From the IMG/VR virus record IMGVR_UViG_3300032174_000008, positions 1 to 52,775 of that record: a DNA stretch of 52,775 nt; one strand, given 5' to 3'. The position numbers and the translations under genes are program-made. The notes beneath the pieces were generated by a model, which saw nothing but the letters and a program-made list of their open reading frames with translations, had not been told where the DNA came from and did no database searches. Of this stretch, positions 26,517 through 36,029 are shown one piece after another (position 1 is the stretch's first letter; each line of letters opens with the position of its first letter). This DNA is from a virus (lineage: Duplodnaviria; Caudoviricetes).

Positions 26517-29495
26517 TTAATATCCTGAAACCGCCTGTAAAAACGCAAACTTGCGCACGGCGTCTTGTGCCCCTTCGACCCCATTAAACGTGATCGATTG
26601 CTGTGAGGAGTTATACGTGTTGGTGTAGTTCGCGCCGGTCGGACGGGTGAGTATGCTGGTTAGACGGTCGATTGCAGTAACGAATTGTGCAGGAAACACA
26701 CCTATCGGCGACGCTGAACCTATCAACTCCGGCCCACGTTCGCCAACACGCAGCAACCCGCCGCCGAACATACCGCCGGACGCCGCGCCTGCAATCGTCG
26801 GATACGGTATATGCGTAAATGACGATACTGCGAAAATTGGCGTAACCGCTGGCCCGCCGCCAGGTATGATCGTTCGGGCTTGGTTGTAAATGGCAATTGC
26901 GGTGTTAATCGTCGAAATCACCTGATTGATAAACGTACTGATCCCGGTCAATACCCCGTTTAGTGCATCGATAATCGGATCGACGAACGTCTTGATTAGC
27001 GACGTGCCCAGCGCCTTAAGCGCCCCCGCTGCCTTATCTGGCAACCCGCCGAGGAAGGTCATCACTTGGTGAAAAACGCCGGGTAAAGTGTTGGGGTTCG
27101 ATTCGTCCCCGTTAAGAAAATCCCATACACTACCGATCAGGTTCTGAATTTTGGTAATGAACGGCTGCACTAGAGAAGCGTCAATATTCGCGCCCAACGT
27201 CGCCAGTGCCGCCGGTAGGTCGGTTGATGCGAAGTTGGCGAGCTTTGTCCAGATTGATTTCGGGTTACCAGGAAGAAGAAACTGTACAACCTCCTGCACC
27301 TTATCTCCGAACGGCCCGACCAAATTGGTTTCAAGATTTGCCCCGAAATCGGCAAACGCCCCCGGCAACTTGCCAAGAAACACCTGTATACTGTTGGGAC
27401 CGCCATCGAATAGACCGTTCAGCGCTTTACCAATGTCAGCTACCTTATCTTTGAAAGGCTGAACCAACGCTTTATCCAGTTGCGCGCCAATGTTTCCAAC
27501 TGCGCCGCTAATACGATTACCCGCCGCCTTTAATTGCGATTCGTTGGCCGCAAACATTGCCGATCCTGTATCTCCTGCCGCGCCGGTGAACCCTTCCTGA
27601 TAGGACTGCTGTAAATCGATCCCGGCTTGCTGTGCAGCGGTTTGTTGATCAGGGGTAGGCGTCAGGTCAGGCACACCGCCGCCATCCGTACCAGGAGCCG
27701 CCCCCTTGCCGCCTTTTGGTTTCGGCGGTGCTTTTGCGACTGGCTGCTTAGTGGTCAATGAGGCGGCTTGCTGTAGCATTGCCTGTTGCGTAAGCAGTGC
27801 ATCACGTTGCGCCGATTGCTGAAGTTTCGCTAGTCCCAATTGAATTTCAGCGTTATCAACGACGATTTGCTGTTGATCGGCATAGTCGGTAAGCGCTTGT
27901 TTTTGAGCATCTAACGCCTTTATCTGATCGGCGGCTGTCGTGCTTCCCCTTGCCAGTGCCGATTGTGCCAACGCGATTTGTCGATCAATGGCGTCAAGTG
28001 CCGGTTTCGTGACGGCGGTAATGTCATCAAAGTGATTTTTAACGAGGTCAAGTTGTTCCTGAAACGGCGCAATCGCATCATCCAACGCCAATAGTTTTGA
28101 CTTGACCTGCTCAAGACTCATACTGGCAACCGTGCCCATTGCCGCGTTGACATCAGCCGCAACCTGCTTAACTGGCTCAAGACTGACGCCGGTAAAGCCT
28201 TCCATCCATGCCAGCATGACGTTCGCGCCGCCTTGATCGATGTTGTGAAGTGGCCCTAATGGAGGCGGTGATAGACCGCTAAGGAAGTCGGCAATGAAGT
28301 TCGCTATACCGATCACTGCGGGGAAAATGTAAGTATTCGCCGCGTAAGTGATACCGCCCGCCAATGCACCAAGTGCCCTAGCGCCGCCCTCAAAGAAGTT
28401 TTTAGCCAGCGTGCTGATGTCTTGTGCTACTATCTCCATAGCTGTTTTTACGTTTTTAATCGTGTCGGCTGCCTTTTGCCCTCCAGATACCATATTCGAC
28501 ATGCCGCCCGTTATCAGATTGGCGATAGCCTCAATGTACGGAGAAATGCTGCTTATCGCATCCCCGATAACGGTCACAATGGTATTTATCTGGTCTAGGA
28601 TAGCCCCAAAAATCGGCTGTATCGCTTTTGATAAATCGTCAAATATATTGGTTATGGTTGTGCCAATCTGCTGCATTTTCGTTGCGTTCGACTCTTGCGC
28701 GTTGCCAAGTTCGTCAGTCACCTGCTTACCCGCCGCCAACGTCGCATTGAGTAGCGCCTGTTCCTGATCGGCTTTGGTCATTGACTTTACGCTGATGTCC
28801 ATCGACTTCGCGTAATCGTCGTATGCCTTTTTCTGATCAACGATAATGCCAATGGCGGCCAGCCCGCGTGTTTGCCCGCGTTTAATCGCTTCGGTGATCC
28901 GGTCGAATACGCTAACCGTATCCTGTCCGGTTGCCAGCGCAATCGTTCTGGCGATCTGCATCATCTGGGGTAAATCTTGCCCGAATGACTTTTGCAGTTC
29001 AGCGTTCACGCCCAGCAGCGCGTTGTTACTGATGGTCATCAGTTGAATGTCGTCAATCGTGCCTTGCGAGGCTGTGTGCAGTTGGCTCAGCAACGTATCA
29101 GCCGTAACACCCGCCGCTGCTGTCAGGTGAGCGAACCCGTTTTCAATATCTGAGAAACCGGCGCCGCGTTCAGCTAGCGCAAAGAACGCCGCTAATGCTG
29201 CAATCGCCACGCCGATAGGGATCGCAATCTCGGCTATCTGCGCGCCGGTCATGCCAAACGCCGGGCCGAGATTGGTGATTGCGGATTGAGCTTGACCAAT
29301 TTGGGGAACAAATTGCTTGAGGGTATTCGCCGCACCCTGGAGGGACTGATCCATTGCGCCGACGTTGGTTGCCGCGCCTTTGATGCCTTGTCCAGCGGCG
29401 TTAGTCTGGCTGACCATCTGCTGGAGCGCGGTTTGGTATTGCGCCGCGCCCTGCACCACAGCGGCCACGCCGATTTTTGGAAAGTTACCGGGCAT
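26517..29495 (-). CDS. Tape measure protein
   Basis: 992-aa Ala/Gly-rich helical protein after the chaperones. Confidence 0.9.
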   Translation of the reverse strand: MPGNFPKIGVAAVVQGAAQYQTALQQMVSQTNAAGQGIKGAATNVGAMDQSLQGAANTLKQFVPQIGQAQSAITNLGPAFGMTGAQIAEIAIPIGVAIAALAAFFALAERGAGFSDIENGFAHLTAAAGVTADTLLSQLHTASQGTIDDIQLMTISNNALLGVNAELQKSFGQDLPQMMQIARTIALATGQDTVSVFDRITEAIKRGQTRGLAAIGIIVDQKKAYDDYAKSMDISVKSMTKADQEQALLNATLAAGKQVTDELGNAQESNATKMQQIGTTITNIFDDLSKAIQPIFGAILDQINTIVTVIGDAISSISPYIEAIANLITGGMSNMVSGGQKAADTIKNVKTAMEIVAQDISTLAKNFFEGGARALGALAGGITYAANTYIFPAVIGIANFIADFLSGLSPPPLGPLHNIDQGGANVMLAWMEGFTGVSLEPVKQVAADVNAAMGTVASMSLEQVKSKLLALDDAIAPFQEQLDLVKNHFDDITAVTKPALDAIDRQIALAQSALARGSTTAADQIKALDAQKQALTDYADQQQIVVDNAEIQLGLAKLQQSAQRDALLTQQAMLQQAASLTTKQPVAKAPPKPKGGKGAAPGTDGGGVPDLTPTPDQQTAAQQAGIDLQQSYQEGFTGAAGDTGSAMFAANESQLKAAGNRISGAVGNIGAQLDKALVQPFKDKVADIGKALNGLFDGGPNSIQVFLGKLPGAFADFGANLETNLVGPFGDKVQEVVQFLLPGNPKSIWTKLANFASTDLPAALATLGANIDASLVQPFITKIQNLIGSVWDFLNGDESNPNTLPGVFHQVMTFLGGLPDKAAGALKALGTSLIKTFVDPIIDALNGVLTGISTFINQVISTINTAIAIYNQARTIIPGGGPAVTPIFAVSSFTHIPYPTIAGAASGGMFGGGLLRVGERGPELIGSASPIGVFPAQFVTAIDRLTSILTRPTGANYTNTYNSSQQSITFNGVEGAQDAVRKFAFLQAVSGY

Positions 29496-29763
29496 GTTGG
29501 GCTTTCCTTGCGGAGGCCTCGGCGTACACGGCTGAAATCAGCGTCTTAGCACGGAAAGCGGCGATCACATCGGCTTTGCTTAATTGAAGTGTATCTGATG
29601 TTATCCAGTCCGATGTGCCGGGCATTCTGTCCCATTCCTCAACGCTGATATGTAACTCTGACCTGGCCTCTAACTCCTCCAACACGCCCCGATGGATGAT
29701 ATTGATCGGCGGATCGGGCAACCGAAACAGATCGATGTCTTCACCGTTCGCCGTTATCTGGAA
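29485..29763 (-). CDS. Tail assembly chaperone, frameshift extension (GT-like)
   Basis: +1 frame relative to the upstream chaperone; no good independent start; ends overlapping the TMP start. Confidence 0.65.
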   Translation of the reverse strand, partial: FQITANGEDIDLFRLPDPPINIIHRGVLEELEARSELHISVEEWDRMPGTSDWITSDTLQLSKADVIAAFRAKTLISAVYAEASARKAQHAR

Positions 29764-30283
29764 ACGCGCCCATCGCTTGCGAGATCGCTTCCTCCGTTGG
29801 CGTGTTCTGCGAGTTAATCGCCTCAACAAGGGACGCAATCTCATCGGCTGAAATGAGCGAAGTCAGGTAGTAGTACCGCAATTCGTTTTCCGTAGCATCG
29901 GGATATTCGCTGCGATACTGATCCTGAAACTCGGCTGGCACTTCGAGTTCCACGCCATTGCCCAGACAGTACACCGTCGCGCGCATTTGGTTAGATTGCA
30001 ACCATTCCGTCTTTTGTTCGATGTACGCCGGGTCATTCGGATTGGCCTCAGTGCCGATGTGCCCTTCACCGTAGCTGACGACGGTTTGCGGGATCATCGG
30101 CTTACCGCGATTGTCGGACAACATGCGCTGCACCATGCCGCTTGATATGCGCTTGAGCGTGAACGTAAAACCGCCCTGACTTGTCCAGGTGCGTTGTACG
30201 GCGTTGATGCCCGGCTTATTGCCGTTTGCGCCGGGCTTGCGGATGGGAGCGACTTTAACCGCGTCAACCATTCGTGGCCTCAT
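29741..30283 (-). CDS. Tail assembly chaperone (G-like)
   Basis: Between tail tube and TMP. Confidence 0.75.
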   Translation of the reverse strand: MRPRMVDAVKVAPIRKPGANGNKPGINAVQRTWTSQGGFTFTLKRISSGMVQRMLSDNRGKPMIPQTVVSYGEGHIGTEANPNDPAYIEQKTEWLQSNQMRATVYCLGNGVELEVPAEFQDQYRSEYPDATENELRYYYLTSLISADEIASLVEAINSQNTPTEEAISQAMGAFPDNGER

Positions 30284-30512
30284 CAGCGGGCGTGAAGTCC
30301 ACGTAGTACGATTTGTCCAGTTCGAACTGCGTGTAGGCGTCAGGATTCAAAATCTGAATATTGATGTTTCCGGTCGGGGTTGTCCCGAAGAAAGCCTTGT
30401 TTTCGGCACTGTCGTTTACAACCGGGTGCATTTCGATTGCCACTATCTGCTTGCCGGTTGACCACTTACGATACGTAATCTGATCAACCGTGAATTTAGC
30501 CCGTACTGCCAT
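30264..30512 (-). CDS. Conserved small phage protein
   Basis: VRAKF...ENKAFF.TP.G.I.I.I.NP...F......YVDFTPA; AGGAGG SD. Confidence 0.75.
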   Translation of the reverse strand: MAVRAKFTVDQITYRKWSTGKQIVAIEMHPVVNDSAENKAFFGTTPTGNINIQILNPDAYTQFELDKSYYVDFTPADEATNG

Positions 30513-30523
30513 TCAGCCTCCTG

Positions 30524-32035
30524 TTAGTTCGGATTCCTTGCCAACGCCATGTACCCAACACCGCCCGCCGTCTTACGCCCAACGGATAGACAAGTATTGG
30601 CCCCGCATGGTGCTAACACGTCAACACGCGCCGGAGCGCCCGGCAAAATGCCAATTTCGCTTGACGGGCTGTAACGCCACGAATTGCCGCCATCGACCGT
30701 GCGGTATACGCGCGCCGCGCCCGCGACTTCGGTTGCCAGATAGCCGACGTTCTCGTCGAACATCTGCAAATCGTCGATGGTCGTGATCCCGCTGTCCAGT
30801 GTGATCCGCGTCCAGCTTGACCCGCTGTTGGTCGTGTACCACAACTGCCCGTTGCCGGTTGCGACAAACCACGTAATCGCGCTCACACACCACACGGCGC
30901 TGAGGTTCTGACCAACAAGCGGTCCCGTAACCAGCGCCCACGAATTGCCCTCGTTGATGCTCACCAAAACGCCGTTGTTGTTCTGAACCGCCACAATCGT
31001 GCGCCCGTAGTAGTGAATATCGTTGATGTCCTGAGCGGAGAGTGAGCCATCCTGAACCACCGATACTGCCGCGCCAACCGAAGTCAGGCTGTAGATAACG
31101 CCGCCTTGTGCGCCGATAAAGCACGAGTTCGGATTACGCGTAACGATGCAGCGCGGCGATTTGCCAACGGTGAACCCGGTTGTGATCTGTGTCCAGTTGA
31201 CGGTTCCGACTTGAATGTCGGTGAACTTCGCAAAGTGATACGCGCCCTGGAGATTGCTTACCACGATGCAGTACAAGCCCATCGGGGCCATACGCGACGC
31301 GCTCAACCCGCCGAGTGTCGGGATGTCGATCCCGGCCCACGTGTACCCGCCGTCTGACGCGTACAGCAGTTGACTGGACAAGCCCGGCGATCCGGCGTTG
31401 GCTATTTGCAACGCATACGCTTTCTGACAGCCGTCTGAGGCAGGTCCGCAATCGCCGCACTGGATTTGATCGTAGAAAAACGCGTCAACGATTTCAGCCA
31501 GCGTGATAACCGACCCAACTTGCTCGAAAACCATCGGCAACACGACAGTCATCGATTCGGCGCTGAAATCGCCGTTAATATCGACAATCGCGTTCTTTGA
31601 TGCTTCCAACGGATTGAACAGCGAAAAGCCGAACTTCTCCAACCGCGTGCGTCCCAAGATGATCTGGCTGTCCCATTGATCTGGCTGATCGGGCCGTGCG
31701 CAATTCGAGTTGATTACCTTGAGATTGAAATCGCAGCCGCGCGCCCGCAAACTCTCCCAGCGATCAGACAGAAAACGGTTAGCGTGCTGAATGAAACCGG
31801 ACGTAATCAGCGCCGGGGATGCAATGATCGCGTCCACGATGTCCCAGCGGTTGCGTACGTCGCTTGACGGTATCCAAACCGGCGTCTTCTTGCCCAGGTC
31901 TTGATCGGTTTTCTGCAATTCGACCAAGCCTTGATAGTTGTACGATACGCCGGGATTGGCGTAACCTTCCTGAAGCCAAACACGGCTTTTGCCAGCCTGT
32001 AATAGGCTTGGATCGTTTATCTGACCGACTGCCAT
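30524..32035 (-). CDS. Major tail (tube) protein with C-terminal BNR/Asp-box beta-propeller
   Basis: Position before chaperones; SDGGYTW, SINEGNSW, TTNSGSSW, TVDGGNSW repeats. Confidence 0.65.
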   Translation of the reverse strand: MAVGQINDPSLLQAGKSRVWLQEGYANPGVSYNYQGLVELQKTDQDLGKKTPVWIPSSDVRNRWDIVDAIIASPALITSGFIQHANRFLSDRWESLRARGCDFNLKVINSNCARPDQPDQWDSQIILGRTRLEKFGFSLFNPLEASKNAIVDINGDFSAESMTVVLPMVFEQVGSVITLAEIVDAFFYDQIQCGDCGPASDGCQKAYALQIANAGSPGLSSQLLYASDGGYTWAGIDIPTLGGLSASRMAPMGLYCIVVSNLQGAYHFAKFTDIQVGTVNWTQITTGFTVGKSPRCIVTRNPNSCFIGAQGGVIYSLTSVGAAVSVVQDGSLSAQDINDIHYYGRTIVAVQNNNGVLVSINEGNSWALVTGPLVGQNLSAVWCVSAITWFVATGNGQLWYTTNSGSSWTRITLDSGITTIDDLQMFDENVGYLATEVAGAARVYRTVDGGNSWRYSPSSEIGILPGAPARVDVLAPCGANTCLSVGRKTAGGVGYMALARNPN

Positions 32036-32047
32036 TAATAGCGCTCC

Positions 32048-32347
32048 TTAATCCAACATTGAACGGGCTAAACTGATGATACTCAAGGCGTCCTCACGCA
32101 CACAATCAAGCACAGCGTCCCGCGTCAATTCATGGCCACCAGGACGTAGAAAATCTCGCGGCTCAACGAGTCCGCGCGAAAATAACGCGCTGCTCAATTG
32201 TGCCACGAAATCAGGCGGGGCGTGCTCGTACAGGTGGTCTAGGTTGAGCGACAAGGGTACGCCCTCCTCAGGATTGGCGTCATCGTGTGGCAAGAGGACA
32301 CGGCGCATAATACCGCGCTCGTCACGGAAGTCTTTGGTGACGGTCAT
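32048..32347 (-). CDS. Hypothetical protein (tail region)
   Basis: ATGA overlap. Confidence 0.7.
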   Translation of the reverse strand: MTVTKDFRDERGIMRRVLLPHDDANPEEGVPLSLNLDHLYEHAPPDFVAQLSSALFSRGLVEPRDFLRPGGHELTRDAVLDCVREDALSIISLARSMLD

Positions 32348-32628
32348 TCTCTGCCCCGAAGATCGAAGTTGTTGAAAATGAAGTCGATAACTTGCGCCAT
32401 TTGCGCGATTATCATTAGCTGGTTATGTCCGGTTGTTCCGTGGTGAAAATTAGCGGCGTAATAGTCGGCAAACTCAATTTCCTTTTGCTGGCGTTCGTCA
32501 AAGTATTCGCGCCAATCGTGTTCGATGTCCGTGTCGCTATCTAAGGTAAACATCCGCTCATCGTCAGCTTGCTTAGATAGAATCTCATATAAACGCGGTG
32601 CGCCGTCTTTCGTCACTGGAGCAGGCAT
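32344..32628 (-). CDS. Hypothetical protein
   Basis: Translationally coupled. Confidence 0.65.
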   Translation of the reverse strand: MPAPVTKDGAPRLYEILSKQADDERMFTLDSDTDIEHDWREYFDERQQKEIEFADYYAANFHHGTTGHNQLMIIAQMAQVIDFIFNNFDLRGRE

Positions 32629-33881
32629 TAGTTTATTGACACTCCCTCAAAAATTCTAAGTCTTTTAATCCTTTGCCATGCCCACAACGCCCCGGCGCGC
32701 GGCTCAAATGGACAATCTGAAACTTCCTCAGGCAACAATGATCTTTCGGTTCCTAAGCCGTCGGTTGGGTAGCTCCTCCACTCCCGGATAATGCGCTGAG
32801 AACGTTCACAGCCACATTTATCTGAAGGTAAGAATGAAGTCGCCAACCGTGCGACGATGTCAGCCATAGTCCGATCCATGCGCCCGTCCGCTTGACGCGG
32901 CATACCGGCTACGTAATTCACCACAACTCGATCCGGTTCCCGGCCCTGACTCGGCTGGTTCTGACCGCCCAACAGGTAATCAATCGCGGCCTGCCCCATC
33001 TCCCAGTTCCGATCCCCAACGCACACCGGCCACACTTCGACCTGGCACGGCGTAATCGTACACGGCGTCAGAATACCGCCGCTCATGGTTCCTTCCCACT
33101 CCGCTTGCCCTTGCGCGGGGTCGCTTGTCGTCGTGCTCGTATCCAGCACAAGCGAGTAGACTTCGAGTTGCGCGACAAAGTTCCCGGCAACCGTCACGTC
33201 AAGCGGCACAGCGGCATAGGCTGATTGCAGTTCGGGCTTAACGCACAGCGACCGATGTCCGGTGATCGTCGCCGTACCCCCTGCAATCGAAACGCGCACG
33301 GGCCGCAAGCGCCATGTATCATCGAATGGCGCGTTGTCCCGGTCGGACAGCGTAAAGTACACAGCAAGCTGTGTCGGGTCGGTAATCGTCGTGGCAAAGG
33401 TGATTGTGAACGTGTCCAGTATACCGTTCGCCGCGTTGACGCTGTTGGCTGAGGAGTAGGCGACGTTTTGCGCGCCGAGGTCTGTGGCGACGATGGAGCC
33501 AGCGCCCTGCACCATGCCGTACTTCAGTTGCACAGACTTATTTTGGCCTCGTTTATTTGTGCCAGCGCCGAACAGGTAGCGCTCAGCCGGACGGGGGTAT
33601 TTGATCTCTTCTGAGGAGATATAGCGCGGGGAAGGCCAGAATCCGAGTTCTTCTTGTACAGCCTCCTCGCTGCGCTGTATTGCGTTGCCGACTTCACTCC
33701 TGCTTAAGAAGTCCTGTTGCCAGGAATACTGGTAAAACACGTGCTCGCACGCGGCCAGAGCAGTGTTGGAACTGCCAACCGGGAAGCCATAGCTAACCTG
33801 ATTGAGTTCATAAGGCTCGATTCCCATCAAAGCGCCCCACTCATCGATTCCTAACCCCGAGATCGCGTCGCTTCGGGCCAT
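32628..33881 (-). CDS. Probable head-tail adaptor
   Basis: 417 aa; VVVNYVAG...IVARLA; lies between head and tail modules. Confidence 0.55.
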   Translation of the reverse strand: MARSDAISGLGIDEWGALMGIEPYELNQVSYGFPVGSSNTALAACEHVFYQYSWQQDFLSRSEVGNAIQRSEEAVQEELGFWPSPRYISSEEIKYPRPAERYLFGAGTNKRGQNKSVQLKYGMVQGAGSIVATDLGAQNVAYSSANSVNAANGILDTFTITFATTITDPTQLAVYFTLSDRDNAPFDDTWRLRPVRVSIAGGTATITGHRSLCVKPELQSAYAAVPLDVTVAGNFVAQLEVYSLVLDTSTTTSDPAQGQAEWEGTMSGGILTPCTITPCQVEVWPVCVGDRNWEMGQAAIDYLLGGQNQPSQGREPDRVVVNYVAGMPRQADGRMDRTMADIVARLATSFLPSDKCGCERSQRIIREWRSYPTDGLGTERSLLPEEVSDCPFEPRAGALWAWQRIKRLRIFEGVSIN

Positions 33882-33895
33882 ATCATAGTTCCCTA

Positions 33896-34549
33896 TTATT
33901 CAGCATAACGACACTTCCAACCTTTATGATTAGAGTACTCGCCCCTAGCCACGCGGCACATGCTGCCTGCTGTTAAACCCCGACTTTCGCTAAACCCCTT
34001 TAGATTGACAAATTCAAATTCTTCGCCATCGGGAGAGGTAGCTATCCAATGTAAACTGTGTTTTAGTCTACATTCATCAGACATCTTAACGCCCTTGCGC
34101 GCTTCGCTCATGCGCTTTCGTGCCTCGGGTGAAGGGATTTTACCTTTATGGCTATCGCTCAATTTCTGACGCATCCCGGGCAAGTTAATTCTTTCTTTTG
34201 CAGCGTCACTTATTTTCTTGCGTGTTTCGGGAGAATGCTCACAACCGTTAGCTTTAGGGCAAATATTAAAGCCCCGATTCCCAAAAGGCTTAAGCTTTTT
34301 GAACCAATACTGCTCGCGCTCAAGAACGTTCCAGGGCATAACCAACTCAAGCACTTCAAACCTAAAAGCATCAATGCCGTATTTGTTATAAGCGTTTTGG
34401 AGATGTGCGTTGCCGTGTTTACCAAGCTTAAGCTTGCTAAAATGCGTATGCCGACGTGCTTGCAAATTTACGGCACTACCGATATAGATTTTTCCATTTG
34501 CCGTACACGTTATCATGTAAATCCCGGATGTTGTTGGTATACTTGCCAT
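33896..34549 (-). CDS. GIY-YIG homing endonuclease (NUMOD3 repeats, NUMOD1-like end)
   Basis: SGIYMITC...IYIGSA...REQYW...HSPETRKKIS...HKGW. Confidence 0.92.
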   Translation of the reverse strand: MASIPTTSGIYMITCTANGKIYIGSAVNLQARRHTHFSKLKLGKHGNAHLQNAYNKYGIDAFRFEVLELVMPWNVLEREQYWFKKLKPFGNRGFNICPKANGCEHSPETRKKISDAAKERINLPGMRQKLSDSHKGKIPSPEARKRMSEARKGVKMSDECRLKHSLHWIATSPDGEEFEFVNLKGFSESRGLTAGSMCRVARGEYSNHKGWKCRYAE

Positions 34550-34632
34550 TGGCTGTGCGGTCCTTTCGCATAGTGCCGTCGGCGGTTTGCCCCGCGTGGA
34601 CGGCGTTTACATTGCCGCTAATTATAACTCAT

Positions 34633-34944
34633 CTAAGGGTTATCGGCCTCAAACGGATTAATCACGCTGTCGGCTAATTCAACCTTTGCCTTGAGCCATT
34701 CAATGTAGTGTGCCATCCACGACGGATGCCGGAACTCTATGATATGCGGACTTATGTTGCCATTGAACTCCTTAGGCTCATGCAACAAAGCCTCAAACAA
34801 TTCCTTCTCCATGTCCGCACGGTACTTGACCCACGCCGCGTCAAGTGACGCCTTTGCGATTTCGACCTTGCGCTTGCCAGCGTCACGCGCCTCTATTTCG
34901 GCGTCGTTTATATCCATAAGCACACCGAATTTCGATTTACCCAT
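34633..34944 (-). CDS. Hypothetical protein
   Basis: ATG overlaps the upstream gene end. Confidence 0.55.
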   Translation of the reverse strand: MGKSKFGVLMDINDAEIEARDAGKRKVEIAKASLDAAWVKYRADMEKELFEALLHEPKEFNGNISPHIIEFRHPSWMAHYIEWLKAKVELADSVINPFEADNP

Positions 34945-35248
34945 GATGCACCACACTTTCCACGATAATCGCCCCGGCACTGAACCCAAACCAATCGAGC
35001 GCGGCGATCAGCCAGCTATCGCCCCGGTACAGCGCCACAGCCAGTGCCACAACAGCACTAACCCACAACGACATGCAAAACACGCAGCAAAAAGCACCGG
35101 CCAATCCATGCCCAACGCACTGACTATACTCATCGTGTCTAACCCCCACGGCATGCCGTAACTTGGCAAACACGTCACCCGGCCCGGCTTCGGTTACGAT
35201 GAGTGAGCTAATTCTGAACGTAACTAACATACATAAAACCTCAAGCAC
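34937..35248 (-). CDS. DUF1360-like membrane protein
   Basis: LVTFRISSLIVTE.GP...F..LR...CVFCMSLWVS; start uncertain. Confidence 0.7.
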   Translation of the reverse strand: MLEVLCMLVTFRISSLIVTEAGPGDVFAKLRHAVGVRHDEYSQCVGHGLAGAFCCVFCMSLWVSAVVALAVALYRGDSWLIAALDWFGFSAGAIIVESVVHHG

Positions 35249-35945
35249 GTCTACACTTCCAGCCTTTATGGTGTTTGGCATAACCGTATGCCACTTGTCC
35301 CATAGCGCTACGATTAAGATTATGCTCGAGACAAAAACGCTGTAAATTTACAATTTTCGCCTCATGCCCATCAGGATCGATAACAACCCACTCGAGCGAT
35401 TTTGAGGCACTCATCTTTTCGCGTATCTCGAGTGAAGGATTTTTGCTTGCGGCACTAAGCTTCGCACGTGTTTCTTCGGTAGGATGCTTTCCCTTGTTCG
35501 CTGGTGATTGTCCTTTGTGAGATACGCTCAGTCTTTCTCGAGTTTCGGCTGAATGATGCTTTCCTTTATTCCATGCCGGTTTTCCAATATTCGAAGCGCT
35601 AATCCTTTGGCGTACTTCCAAAGGAGCGTTAAGCATTGGAGATTCGGCATTACGTGAAACATTAAAACCACGTGGCTCGAATGGTTTTAATTTGTCGAGC
35701 CAATATTGCTCTCGAGCCAATAATGCAAACGGAAAAACGTATTCTAGAACCTTAAACGTGAAACTTTCTTCGCCATACTTGTTCCAAGCGCTTTGCAAAT
35801 GGCGATTACCGTGTTTATTGTGACGTAAGTTAGAGCAATGCTGCTGCATACGCGTGCGCAGATTTGCCGTGCTACCTATATAAATTTTCCCATTTGCAAT
35901 GCACGTGATCATGTAAATTCCCGAAGTTGACGATATACTTTCCAT
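35241..35945 (-). CDS. GIY-YIG homing endonuclease (paralog)
   Basis: SGIYMITC...IYIGST...REQYW...HSAETRERLS...HKGW. Confidence 0.92.
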   Translation of the reverse strand: MESISSTSGIYMITCIANGKIYIGSTANLRTRMQQHCSNLRHNKHGNRHLQSAWNKYGEESFTFKVLEYVFPFALLAREQYWLDKLKPFEPRGFNVSRNAESPMLNAPLEVRQRISASNIGKPAWNKGKHHSAETRERLSVSHKGQSPANKGKHPTEETRAKLSAASKNPSLEIREKMSASKSLEWVVIDPDGHEAKIVNLQRFCLEHNLNRSAMGQVAYGYAKHHKGWKCRRA

Positions 35946-36029
35946 AGCTGATGCACCTCTACTGCATTAGAACCGTTGGCGGTGGCGACCGCGCGAACGG
36001 TATTATCGTTGATTGATATTATACCCCTT

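Noticed and set aside
33896-35945. Group I introns around the GIY-YIG genes
   Set aside because: Flanking genes look intact, spacers are under 100 nt, and no P/Q/R/S core is visible
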